A stretch of 64,000 nt of DNA, from NCBI GenBank assembly GCA_964505265.1, contig CAZDGN010000001.1, positions 22,767-86,766 of the forward strand, written 5' to 3'. The notes beneath the pieces are model-generated. The model was not told the origin of the DNA. It was given only the letters and a program-made list of their open reading frames with translations, and searched no databases. This stretch comes from an uncultured Rickettsia sp. (GTDB taxonomy: Bacteria; Pseudomonadota; Alphaproteobacteria; Rickettsiales; UBA1997). The position numbers were made by a program, and so were the translations under genes. Positions 19,345 to 27,631 of this stretch are shown in pieces; position 1 is the first letter of the stretch, and each line of letters begins with the position of its first letter.

Positions 19345-19940
19345 AAAAGAAAGCAATTTTCGGTGTTGGTGGTTTGGCAAGAGAACTATACTATCAATTA
19401 TTAGATAAAAATATAGTTTTTTTTGTTGATGATGATTTTATTTGTGATTCAAAAAAAATTGATAACAAGCCAATTTACCCAATTTCAGATTTTAATTCGT
19501 TAAATTATGAATTAATTATTGCCGTTTCCGATCCTCTTGTAAGAAACAAAATTGTCAGCAAGTTACCAGCTGATACTTCTTTTTGGTCTTTTATTCATTC
19601 ATCAGTTGAATTAAACAATACAATTAAACTTGGTAAAGGTTCAATTTTAATGAAAAATGCTATTTTAACAACATCTATTGAAATCGGAGATTTTGCAATT
19701 ATTCATTCTTTCGTTGTTGTGGCTCATGATTGTGTAATTGGTGATTATTTTTGTGCAACTTATGGAGCCAAAGTATCTGGAAATGTAAAAATTGGTATGA
19801 ATTTTTTTATGGGCTCAAATTCTTCCATAAGAGAAAATATCACAATCTGTGATAATGTAAAATTGGGAATCGGCTCTGTTGTGGTTAAAAATATTAATTA
19901 TCCAGGAAAATATATTGGTGTGCCCTGCAAGAAATTATAG
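19341..19940 (+). CDS. Sugar N-acyltransferase, NeuD/PglD-type left-handed beta-helix
   Basis: KKAIFGVGGLARELYYQL N-domain, then hexapeptide repeats (IGDFAIIHSFVVVAHDCVIGDYF...VKIGMNFFMGSNSSIRENITICDNVKLGIGSVV). Confidence 0.75.
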   Translation: MKKKAIFGVGGLARELYYQLLDKNIVFFVDDDFICDSKKIDNKPIYPISDFNSLNYELIIAVSDPLVRNKIVSKLPADTSFWSFIHSSVELNNTIKLGKGSILMKNAILTTSIEIGDFAIIHSFVVVAHDCVIGDYFCATYGAKVSGNVKIGMNFFMGSNSSIRENITICDNVKLGIGSVVVKNINYPGKYIGVPCKKL

Positions 19941-20819
19941 GTTTTTAAAATATTCAATTTGTTTTTTTATATCCTTTTTCATATTGTTTTCAATCAAAAT
20001 TTTAATTATTTTTTGAATTAAATCATTATTTTCTTCTAGGTAAGAAACTTTGTCAATTGCAATATTTTTAGAAACTTCAATTATAAAATTTAGCTGATTT
20101 ATTCCGTGATTCAAAATATGTTTGGTAAAATTTTCTTCTGAATGCGAGTTGTGCCATATTCCACCATCCCAAATCCTGTATACCGACATTACTTTATTAA
20201 TAAATCCAATGTCACCAGTTTGGGCATGAAGTAAATGTAAATAATAGTCACATGGCATTATATTTTTTGGAAAAATGTCTTCAAAATCCTTGCCATTTAT
20301 AAATCTCCAGCGATACATGGCGCTATTTGTTTGAATAAAATTGTGCTCTAATAGATCGTTTAAATCTAAATCATTCTTAAAAAATCTATTTTTGGGCTTT
20401 GGAAAGATTTTTCTTTTAAAAATATTTCTTAAACCGCTTTTTAATACTTTAACAGGATGGAAACAAATTGATTTGTCTGGATTATTTATTAAATAATCAT
20501 ATTGGATTTGTAGTTTATTTTTATTACAAAAAAAATCATCTCCTTCGCAAATCACCACAAAAGGTGAGTCTACCAATTTTAGGGTGTTTACATAATTTTC
20601 ATAAGCTCCGATATTTTTACTTCTTTTAATGAATTCAATTTTTTCGGGATATTTTATTTTAAAATTTTCAATAATTTTTGCGGTTGAATCGGTTGATGCG
20701 TCATCTGAAATGATTAATTTATATTTAAAATTAGTTTTTTGATTAACAATGTTTTTAATGCATTTGGCAATAAATTTTTGATGATTATATGTTGTAGTTA
20801 TAATGTTAACCTTATTCAT
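19935..20819 (-). CDS. GT2 glycosyltransferase
   Basis: VNIITTTYNHQKFIAKCIKNIVNQKTNFKYKLIISDDASTDST...CEGDDFF. This is similar to the GT2 half of 16580-18442. Its stop codon interlocks with the convergent stop of the upstream gene (TTATAG). Confidence 0.85.
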   Translation of the reverse strand: MNKVNIITTTYNHQKFIAKCIKNIVNQKTNFKYKLIISDDASTDSTAKIIENFKIKYPEKIEFIKRSKNIGAYENYVNTLKLVDSPFVVICEGDDFFCNKNKLQIQYDYLINNPDKSICFHPVKVLKSGLRNIFKRKIFPKPKNRFFKNDLDLNDLLEHNFIQTNSAMYRWRFINGKDFEDIFPKNIMPCDYYLHLLHAQTGDIGFINKVMSVYRIWDGGIWHNSHSEENFTKHILNHGINQLNFIIEVSKNIAIDKVSYLEENNDLIQKIIKILIENNMKKDIKKQIEYFKNL

Positions 20820-20988
20820 GAGTTTAAAAAATATTACTAATCAAATTTAAAAATATATTGTGATTTTAAGAAAGCTTAAAAAGCAATAATTTTAATTTTG
20901 CATTTTAAAACAAAAAATTTATTATAAAACTAAATATTTAAAACTTTACACCACCAAACTACAATTTTTAAACCCAAACAGAAAAATT

Positions 20989-22143
20989 ATGAATAAATAT
21001 AAAATTCCTTTTAATAAGCCAAATTTTGACCATAATGCCTTAATCTATATGAATGATGCCGTTGCCGGTGGTCATATATCTGGCGATGGCAAATATACCG
21101 CACTTTGCAATAATTTTATCAAAGAAAAACTATCGGTAAAAACCTGCCTTATCACCCACTCTTGCACAGCTTCGCTAGAGATTTCTGCCTTACTTATGGA
21201 TGCAAAAATTGGTGATGAAGTGATAATGCCATCATACACTTTTGTTTCTACCGCCAATGCCTTTGTGCTTCGTGGCTTGTTGCCGGTCTTCGTTGATATT
21301 CGTTTTGACAATTGCAATATCGATGAAAATCTTATTGAAATGGCCATCACCAAAAAAACCAAAGCCATTGTGGTAGTGCATTATGCTGGGGTTGCCTGCG
21401 AGATGGATAAAATTATGGCAATAGCCAAAAAACATAATTTGCTGGTCATCGAAGATTCTGCTCAAGGCTTCGATGCTAAATATAAGAATCGATATTTAGG
21501 AACAATCGGCGATATTGGTTGTTTTTCATTTCATGAAACTAAAAATATCATATCAGGCGAGGGCGGAGCCATTGTAACTAACTGCGAAGATTTTGCCGAT
21601 CGCGCTCATATAATTCGTGAAAAAGGCACAAATCGCACTAAGTTTTTTAAAGGATTGGTTGATAAGTATTCATGGGTTGATGTTGGCTCTAGCTATTTAC
21701 CAAGCGATTTAATTTCGGCTTTTTTATATTCAAATCTTGAAATTTGCGATAAAATAAAGCAAAAAAGAATGGCGATTTGGCAAAAATATTTTAATGCTTT
21801 TTTACCTTATTTTTTACAAGAAAAATTATTTTTACCAACAATTGAAGAGCATTATCAGCATAATGCCCATTTATTTTATTTGCGCTTTAAAAGCGAAGAA
21901 ATCCGTGATAATTTTATCAATCACATGAAGGAAAATGGCATTTTAACACCGTTTCATTATATTGCTTTGCATAGTTCAGTTGCTGGCAAAAAATTTTCTA
22001 GATTTGTTGGCTCGATGCAGGTTACCAATGAAGTCGCTAAAACTTTAGTCAGGCTTCCATTATTTTATGATTTAAGTGATTTTGAGCAGGATTTGGTAAT
22101 TGAAAAGGCAGAAAATTTTATAAAAAAATTAAAAAAAAAATAA
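20989..22143 (+). CDS. wecE: dTDP-4-amino-4,6-dideoxygalactose transaminase
   Basis: It is near-collinear with E. coli WecE as I remember it: IPFNKP, GDGKYT, TASLEISALLMD...GDEVIMPSYTFVSTANAFVLRG, VVHYAGVACEMDKIMAIAKKHNL, GCFSFHETKN, IIREKGTNRTKFFKGLVDKYSWVDVGSSYLPSD, LRLPLFYDL. Confidence 0.9.
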   Translation: MNKYKIPFNKPNFDHNALIYMNDAVAGGHISGDGKYTALCNNFIKEKLSVKTCLITHSCTASLEISALLMDAKIGDEVIMPSYTFVSTANAFVLRGLLPVFVDIRFDNCNIDENLIEMAITKKTKAIVVVHYAGVACEMDKIMAIAKKHNLLVIEDSAQGFDAKYKNRYLGTIGDIGCFSFHETKNIISGEGGAIVTNCEDFADRAHIIREKGTNRTKFFKGLVDKYSWVDVGSSYLPSDLISAFLYSNLEICDKIKQKRMAIWQKYFNAFLPYFLQEKLFLPTIEEHYQHNAHLFYLRFKSEEIRDNFINHMKENGILTPFHYIALHSSVAGKKFSRFVGSMQVTNEVAKTLVRLPLFYDLSDFEQDLVIEKAENFIKKLKKK

Positions 22144-22406
22144 AATTATTTTTAAAAGAAAATTTTAAATTTTATCAAATTTTTTCAAATTTATTTAAGG
22201 CTTTTTTTAAAAATATTATTATTCAAATCAAGCGAACATACTTAGGCGAGGTCAATTATAATATTTACCAAATTCTACAGCAATTTAAAATTCTAAGTAA
22301 AAAATCTGACGAAGATTTAAATAATTTTAACACTAATTTTTTAGATGAAAAATTAGAAAAAATAATTTTAAATTATGCTCAAAACCAGCCACATAAATTT
22401 CATAAT

Positions 22407-23597
22407 TTGGCAGTCAACAATGATAATCCGCCAAAAATCGCTTTAGCTTTTACTGTTATTTATGAAATGGGTGGACATAGTCGATTAATAGAAAATTTTG
22501 CCAAAATTGCCAAGGATTTTTATGGTTTAAAATTATTTGCAACTCAAATTAATCTAAGCTCATTAAATTTAAGTAAAAATCAAACACAAAACTACATTAA
22601 AAGCCTTGAATTATCTGGTGTTAACACTAAATTTAAATTTGAAGATTATTGTAAATTAATTAGCAATTTTTACCAAAAAATTATCAATTATAACCCAAAG
22701 TTTTTGTTGGTTTATGGTAATTCAGAAGATGTGGTGCTATATGGAGCTTTGGCGTTAATAAAAAAATATACCAAAATCAAAATATTTTATGTAAATATTC
22801 AAGACCATTTATTGAATTTGGGCTATAAATTTGCTGATTTGATTCTTGATTTTCGCCCCGCAGGAATTTATTTAACTCAAGAAATTCGTGGCTATAAAAA
22901 TTATGTACAAATGCCTATTGCTCATAAATTTTTAGCGGACATAAATTTATTTTCTGCTGAAAAAATTTTGGAACTCAAAAATAGTCTTGCTATTGCAGAT
23001 AATGATTTCGTTAGCCTTTCGGGTGCTCATGAAGATAAGTTTTTTACTCAAAATTCTTCTCCATATTTTGTGATGATAAAAAAATTGTTAGCTATGGAAC
23101 CAAGATTGAAGCATATTGTGATGACATCAATTAACAAAAACAAAAATCGTGAAATTTTTAATGAAATTTTCGAAAATGAAACCGAGCTTTTAAAGCGATT
23201 AATTATATTACCGCAATCTATTGAATTTAAGAAATATTTTCAAATGGCGGATGTTTTTATTGATAGTTTCCCGCAAGGCGGAGCGCTCACCCACATTGAT
23301 TTAATGATGCTTAAAACACCAACAATTGTTAAGAAAAATTCAGAAAAACCTTTCAAAAGCTTTGAATTTTATTTGCCAAAAAATTATCAATATATTTTTG
23401 AAAATGAAAATGAAATAATTCAGGGTGCTTTAGAAATTTTAGCCAATAAAGAGAGAGCTAAAGCGCTTTCAAATCAACTCTTTGAACATTATAAAAAGAA
23501 TTATGAAGCCAAGATTGTCTTTGAAAAATATCAAACTTTATTTGCAAATAGCGATAATTTAAGTCAAATTTATCAGCAAAATTTTTATGACAATTGA
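22407..23597 (+). CDS. Putative GT-B glycosyltransferase with a GT41-like C-terminal signature; start codon uncertain (TTG)
   Basis: KIALAFTVIYEMGGHSRL (beta1 plus Gly loop) near the N-terminus. The C-terminal VFIDSFPQGGALTHIDLMMLKTPTIV resembles the D.FP..G..T..DAL..G.P block of GT41/OGT-like enzymes. There is no in-frame ATG or GTG upstream, although the frame is open back to 22104. Confidence 0.45.
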   Translation: MAVNNDNPPKIALAFTVIYEMGGHSRLIENFAKIAKDFYGLKLFATQINLSSLNLSKNQTQNYIKSLELSGVNTKFKFEDYCKLISNFYQKIINYNPKFLLVYGNSEDVVLYGALALIKKYTKIKIFYVNIQDHLLNLGYKFADLILDFRPAGIYLTQEIRGYKNYVQMPIAHKFLADINLFSAEKILELKNSLAIADNDFVSLSGAHEDKFFTQNSSPYFVMIKKLLAMEPRLKHIVMTSINKNKNREIFNEIFENETELLKRLIILPQSIEFKKYFQMADVFIDSFPQGGALTHIDLMMLKTPTIVKKNSEKPFKSFEFYLPKNYQYIFENENEIIQGALEILANKERAKALSNQLFEHYKKNYEAKIVFEKYQTLFANSDNLSQIYQQNFYDN

Positions 23598-24069
23598 ATT
23601 TATAAATCTCATTAATTTACCTATAAATATCCAACTTGAAGCCAGAAATTGGCGAAATAATCCAGAAGTTTTGCCATATTTTATGATTCAAAATATCGAT
23701 GAACAAACCCATCAAAATTGGCTTAATTCAATGCATTTGCCAAATCCAAGAAATATCGCTTTTGTGATAAAATTTAACCAAGATTATGTTGGTATGATCT
23801 ATTTGCTTAGGGTTGATTATGTTGCTAAATTAGCTGAAATCGGCATTTATATTCACAATTCAAATATGCGAGGTAAGGGCATTGGCAATAAGGCTTTTGA
23901 GTATATTATTAATTTTGCAAAAATTGAATTAAAATTTAAAAAATTAACGTTGCGAGTTTTTAAAAATAATTTTAATGCCATTAAATTATATGAAAAATTT
24001 GGTTTTAAATTTAGCAAAAATCTTGGCGAAAATTTATTGGAGTTCACCTTATGTTTAAAACCAGAATAA
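23587..24069 (+). CDS. GNAT N-acetyltransferase (PseH/WecD-like amino-sugar acetyltransferase)
   Basis: 160 aa. ARNWRNNPEVLPYFM...THQNWL resembles the PseH start, and RGKGIGNKAFEYII is the acetyl-CoA loop (R/Q-x-x-G-x-G/A). Confidence 0.7.
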   Translation: MTIEFINLINLPINIQLEARNWRNNPEVLPYFMIQNIDEQTHQNWLNSMHLPNPRNIAFVIKFNQDYVGMIYLLRVDYVAKLAEIGIYIHNSNMRGKGIGNKAFEYIINFAKIELKFKKLTLRVFKNNFNAIKLYEKFGFKFSKNLGENLLEFTLCLKPE

Positions 24070-24935
24070 TTAATTTTAAAAAAAATATTTCCTTTTTATT
24101 AAAGCATAATTTAAGAGTTTTTTTAGAAAAATCGATTGATGAAAATCTTAATAATTTTATTGAAAACATAAAATACGAAATTGATGAATTGCCTATTAAG
24201 CCAATAATTAAGCCAGTTGATGCTACTATTGAAGAATTAATTAAATCAGAAAAATCTATAACTAGGTTTGGAGATGGCGAGTTGCAATTAATAAATGGCA
24301 TCGATATTCCATTTCAAAAATATTGCCCAGAAATTCAAAAAAAATTAACAGAAATTCTAAAGTCTTCTGATGAAAATTTTATGGTAGCAATTCCTAAAGT
24401 TTTATATTCGGATTTATCAAATGCAAATTTCATTGCCAAAAATTTTTGGCGAAAAAATGGTAAATATTTTCGAGAAATTTTAGATAAATATATTAATTAT
24501 AATCAGGTTTATTTTAGTGCTGAATCAAGTATTTGCTATGCTTTATATCAAAAATATAATTTTGATGAGTATTTTTTTAAAATTAGAAAAATTTTTCAGA
24601 ATCAAAATATTATTCTAATTGCCAATGAAGATATTTTTACAAATATTAAGTTTAATATTTTTGACCAAGTCAAAAATTTTGAGCATATAATCGCTCCCAA
24701 AAAAAATGCATTTTTCGATTATGATGTAATTTTAAAAAATGCATTGTCATCACCATTAAAAGATGCTTTTTTTGTCATAATTCTTGGGCCAACCGCTACA
24801 ATTCTAGCTTATGATTTGCATAAAAATAAGCGCAGAGCGCTTGATTTTGGTCATATTGTAAGTTCATATGATTTTTATATGAAAAATTACAAAATCGATA
24901 ATTTAGAAAGTGCCGTAAAATTTTTTGAAAACTAA
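24051..24935 (+). CDS. GT-D fold glycosyltransferase (DUF1792 / SP_1767 family-like)
   Basis: SITRFGDGELQLINGIDIPFQKY matches the RFGDGE..FQ signature I associate with DUF1792. 294 aa. It overlaps the upstream GNAT by 19 nt. Confidence 0.6.
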   Translation: MFKTRIINFKKNISFLLKHNLRVFLEKSIDENLNNFIENIKYEIDELPIKPIIKPVDATIEELIKSEKSITRFGDGELQLINGIDIPFQKYCPEIQKKLTEILKSSDENFMVAIPKVLYSDLSNANFIAKNFWRKNGKYFREILDKYINYNQVYFSAESSICYALYQKYNFDEYFFKIRKIFQNQNIILIANEDIFTNIKFNIFDQVKNFEHIIAPKKNAFFDYDVILKNALSSPLKDAFFVIILGPTATILAYDLHKNKRRALDFGHIVSSYDFYMKNYKIDNLESAVKFFEN

Positions 24936-25653
24936 AATGAAAAATATTCTTAAACAAAAATTTGATGAGGTAATTAGTCTTGGAGAAGATTGTGCTTGTG
25001 CCAGTTATTTAAAAAAAAATCATTTGCGTTTTCAGTCTTATCCTTTTGATTGGTTGACCAATGCTAGCTTAAAAACTAGGCTTGAATTGGTAATCAATAA
25101 TTTCGCTGATTTTATGAATATTGATGATTTGAAGCTTATGGACAAAGCTAGTTTGAATCATACATCAACAGATGGAAATTACGATTATTACCATAATCTT
25201 AAAAATGATTTTTACTTTTTTCATGATTTTAAGGCAAATAATTTGCTCAGAAAAACCTATGATGAGGTGAAAAAGAAGTTCGATAAAAGAATTAATATTT
25301 TTTTGAAAAAGCTTCATCAAGATAAAAAAATTTTACTAGTTTGGCTAAGTCATACCAAGCTTAATGACAATCAAATGATCATTGATAAAATTGAAGAAAT
25401 TAATAAAAAATATTCAAGTAAAATATATTTTTTAGTAATTGAAAATACCCAACAAAATAATGAAAATGCAGAATATATCAATATTTCATCGAATATTTTG
25501 CGAGTTAAAATTGCTACTCATAATTTTTCTTCAAACACTGATCCAACCCTTGGAATTTATGAAAATTGTCAACAAATATTTAGACAAATTAGGCTAAAAA
25601 ATTATTGGTTGAAGAGAATCTATTTTAAAATTTTAAAAATTTTAAAAAAATAA
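24925..25653 (+). CDS. DUF1796-like protein (putative papain-like cysteine peptidase fold)
   Basis: VISLGEDCACASYLKKNHLRFQSYPFDWL matches the ISLG..C......PFDW start of DUF1796. The start may be the second ATG at 24937, directly after the upstream stop. Confidence 0.55.
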   Translation: MKTKMKNILKQKFDEVISLGEDCACASYLKKNHLRFQSYPFDWLTNASLKTRLELVINNFADFMNIDDLKLMDKASLNHTSTDGNYDYYHNLKNDFYFFHDFKANNLLRKTYDEVKKKFDKRINIFLKKLHQDKKILLVWLSHTKLNDNQMIIDKIEEINKKYSSKIYFLVIENTQQNNENAEYINISSNILRVKIATHNFSSNTDPTLGIYENCQQIFRQIRLKNYWLKRIYFKILKILKK

Positions 25654-25662
25654 ATTTATAAT

Positions 25663-26520
25663 TTAGTTAAATTTATCTTTAGATTTTAGTCGAGAGTTAA
25701 GAGGTCTTTTTGCTTTGGTTGGGTATTGCGATGAGGAAATTGCCAAAATTTCTCGAGTTAAAATTGGCTGGCTTTTTTGCCTTAATTCATCAATAATTTT
25801 TATGGTAAATTCATACCATGACATAAAAACTCCGTTATTTAAATGCAAAATTCTGCGATAATATTTTTGTTGAATCTCATTTTCACCAAACAAGGCATCG
25901 TTAAAAATTCGCATGGAGTTTTTGGCAACAAAATCTGCTGAGGTTGGGCTACCAATTTGGTCATTCACTATGTTAAGCACTTCTTTTTCTTTGGCTAATC
26001 TCTTGATGGTGTTGACAAAATTTTTACTATTTTCTCGATTGTCATAAACCCAAGAAAGTCGAATTATAATGTAATCGCAACCTGATTTTTGAATGGCTTG
26101 CTCGCCGAGTAATTTGGTTTTGCCATAAAAATTAACGGGGTGAAGATTGGTGGTGTTATCTTCGCTAAATGCTTCACTTCCAGTGCCATCAAATACATAG
26201 TCAGTAGAAAAATGTACAAATTTTATGTTGTTGCTAAAGCAATATTTGGCGATAACTCCAACACTGATATTATTAATTTTATTACATAAATCTTGCTCTT
26301 CTTCAGCCTTATCAACATTGGTATAAGCCATACAATTTACCATCAAATCAATGTTTTTTGGCAAAGAGTCAAGAAATGAATCAACGGCGTTAGGATTAGA
26401 TAAATCTACCTCCAAACTTGAGTAAAAAATACAATTGAAATTACTATTTTGATTAGCAATGTTATAAAATGCATTTGCCACTTGTCCATTTTTGCCAAGA
26501 AATACTATATTTTTTTTCAT
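25663..26520 (-). CDS. rfbD: dTDP-4-dehydrorhamnose reductase
   Basis: NCMAYTNVDKAEEE, HFSTDYVFDG, and NFYGKTKLLGEQAI (YxxxK) are RmlD blocks. 285 aa. Confidence 0.85.
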   Translation of the reverse strand: MKKNIVFLGKNGQVANAFYNIANQNSNFNCIFYSSLEVDLSNPNAVDSFLDSLPKNIDLMVNCMAYTNVDKAEEEQDLCNKINNISVGVIAKYCFSNNIKFVHFSTDYVFDGTGSEAFSEDNTTNLHPVNFYGKTKLLGEQAIQKSGCDYIIIRLSWVYDNRENSKNFVNTIKRLAKEKEVLNIVNDQIGSPTSADFVAKNSMRIFNDALFGENEIQQKYYRRILHLNNGVFMSWYEFTIKIIDELRQKSQPILTREILAISSSQYPTKAKRPLNSRLKSKDKFN

Positions 26521-27629
26521 TAAGAAATTTGTAAAACTAATAAGATCGTAGTAATAATTATTGTTAGAAATGTTAACAATAAAATTTTATTAAGTCTAAT
26601 TTTATTTTTAAGTTTAAAAGCATTATTACCATTTGGATATTGATTAATTAGCGCGGAATATTTTTTGTAATCAAGATTAAGTTGCGCACATAAAACTCCA
26701 AAGAAATCAGGATTTGAGGCTGATTTATCGTGAATTAATTCAATAATAAAATTTTTGATATTGCCAAATTTTCTTTGATCTAAGGTAAAAATTTTCTTTA
26801 AACTATAATCAATTAAGTAAAATTCTCCAGATAGATTCTTGTTGCTTAAGGCAATATTTTCATAATCTGGGAATATCTCTAAAAATTCTGAATAATTTTT
26901 AATTTTTAAAAAACTATTTAGAAATTTGGTGTTTTCAAGGGTGTAGCGGATAGTTTTTTGTGGATTTTTGCCACTAAGATTTTGATGATTATTTAGAATC
27001 CGAAAATTTGTTAATTTCTCATTGATGATTTTAATATTTAAACCTTCGAGCGAGCATCTAAGCCATAAATCGGCATCAAGTAAAATCAAAAAAGCGGGGT
27101 TAAAAAAATTAATTTTATTGAAGATTGATTTTTTCATCAAAACACTTGGGTAGCATAAAAAATTATTGTGAAAAAATAAATAATTTGCCATTTGACTCGG
27201 CGAAAAATCTTTAAATTCAAAAGGATTTGATTTTGGATTATTAATAATTTTATCATCATCATCAACCACATTTGCAAGTGTAAAACATAAATCGCAATTT
27301 GGATTTTGTTGCATAAATTCGATTTGTTTTTGTAATTTATTTGGCTCCCAAAAATCGTCAGAATTTAATATGGCAATATATTCACCTTGAGCCTTTTTGA
27401 TTGAGTTGTTGGTGTTTATCACCATTCCAAAATTTTGGGTATTTTTGTAAAAAATTAAGCGGGAATCCTGATATTTATTAATAATTTCTGCGGTGCGGTC
27501 AGTTGAATTATCATCGGTAATTAGCAACTCTAGATCTGTAAAGCTTTGATTTAAAACGCTTTCGATAGCTCTGGCAATAAATTTTTCATGATTATATGCC
27601 GAAATTATAACTGAAATTTTAATTGTCAT
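26520..27629 (-). CDS. GT2 glycosyltransferase with a C-terminal membrane anchor
   Basis: ISVIISAYNHEKFIARAIESVLNQSFTDLELLITDDNSTDRT, NSDDFW. The C-terminus KILLLTFLTIIITTILLVL is hydrophobic. Confidence 0.85.
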   Translation of the reverse strand: MTIKISVIISAYNHEKFIARAIESVLNQSFTDLELLITDDNSTDRTAEIINKYQDSRLIFYKNTQNFGMVINTNNSIKKAQGEYIAILNSDDFWEPNKLQKQIEFMQQNPNCDLCFTLANVVDDDDKIINNPKSNPFEFKDFSPSQMANYLFFHNNFLCYPSVLMKKSIFNKINFFNPAFLILLDADLWLRCSLEGLNIKIINEKLTNFRILNNHQNLSGKNPQKTIRYTLENTKFLNSFLKIKNYSEFLEIFPDYENIALSNKNLSGEFYLIDYSLKKIFTLDQRKFGNIKNFIIELIHDKSASNPDFFGVLCAQLNLDYKKYSALINQYPNGNNAFKLKNKIRLNKILLLTFLTIIITTILLVLQIS

Positions 27630-27631
27630 AT

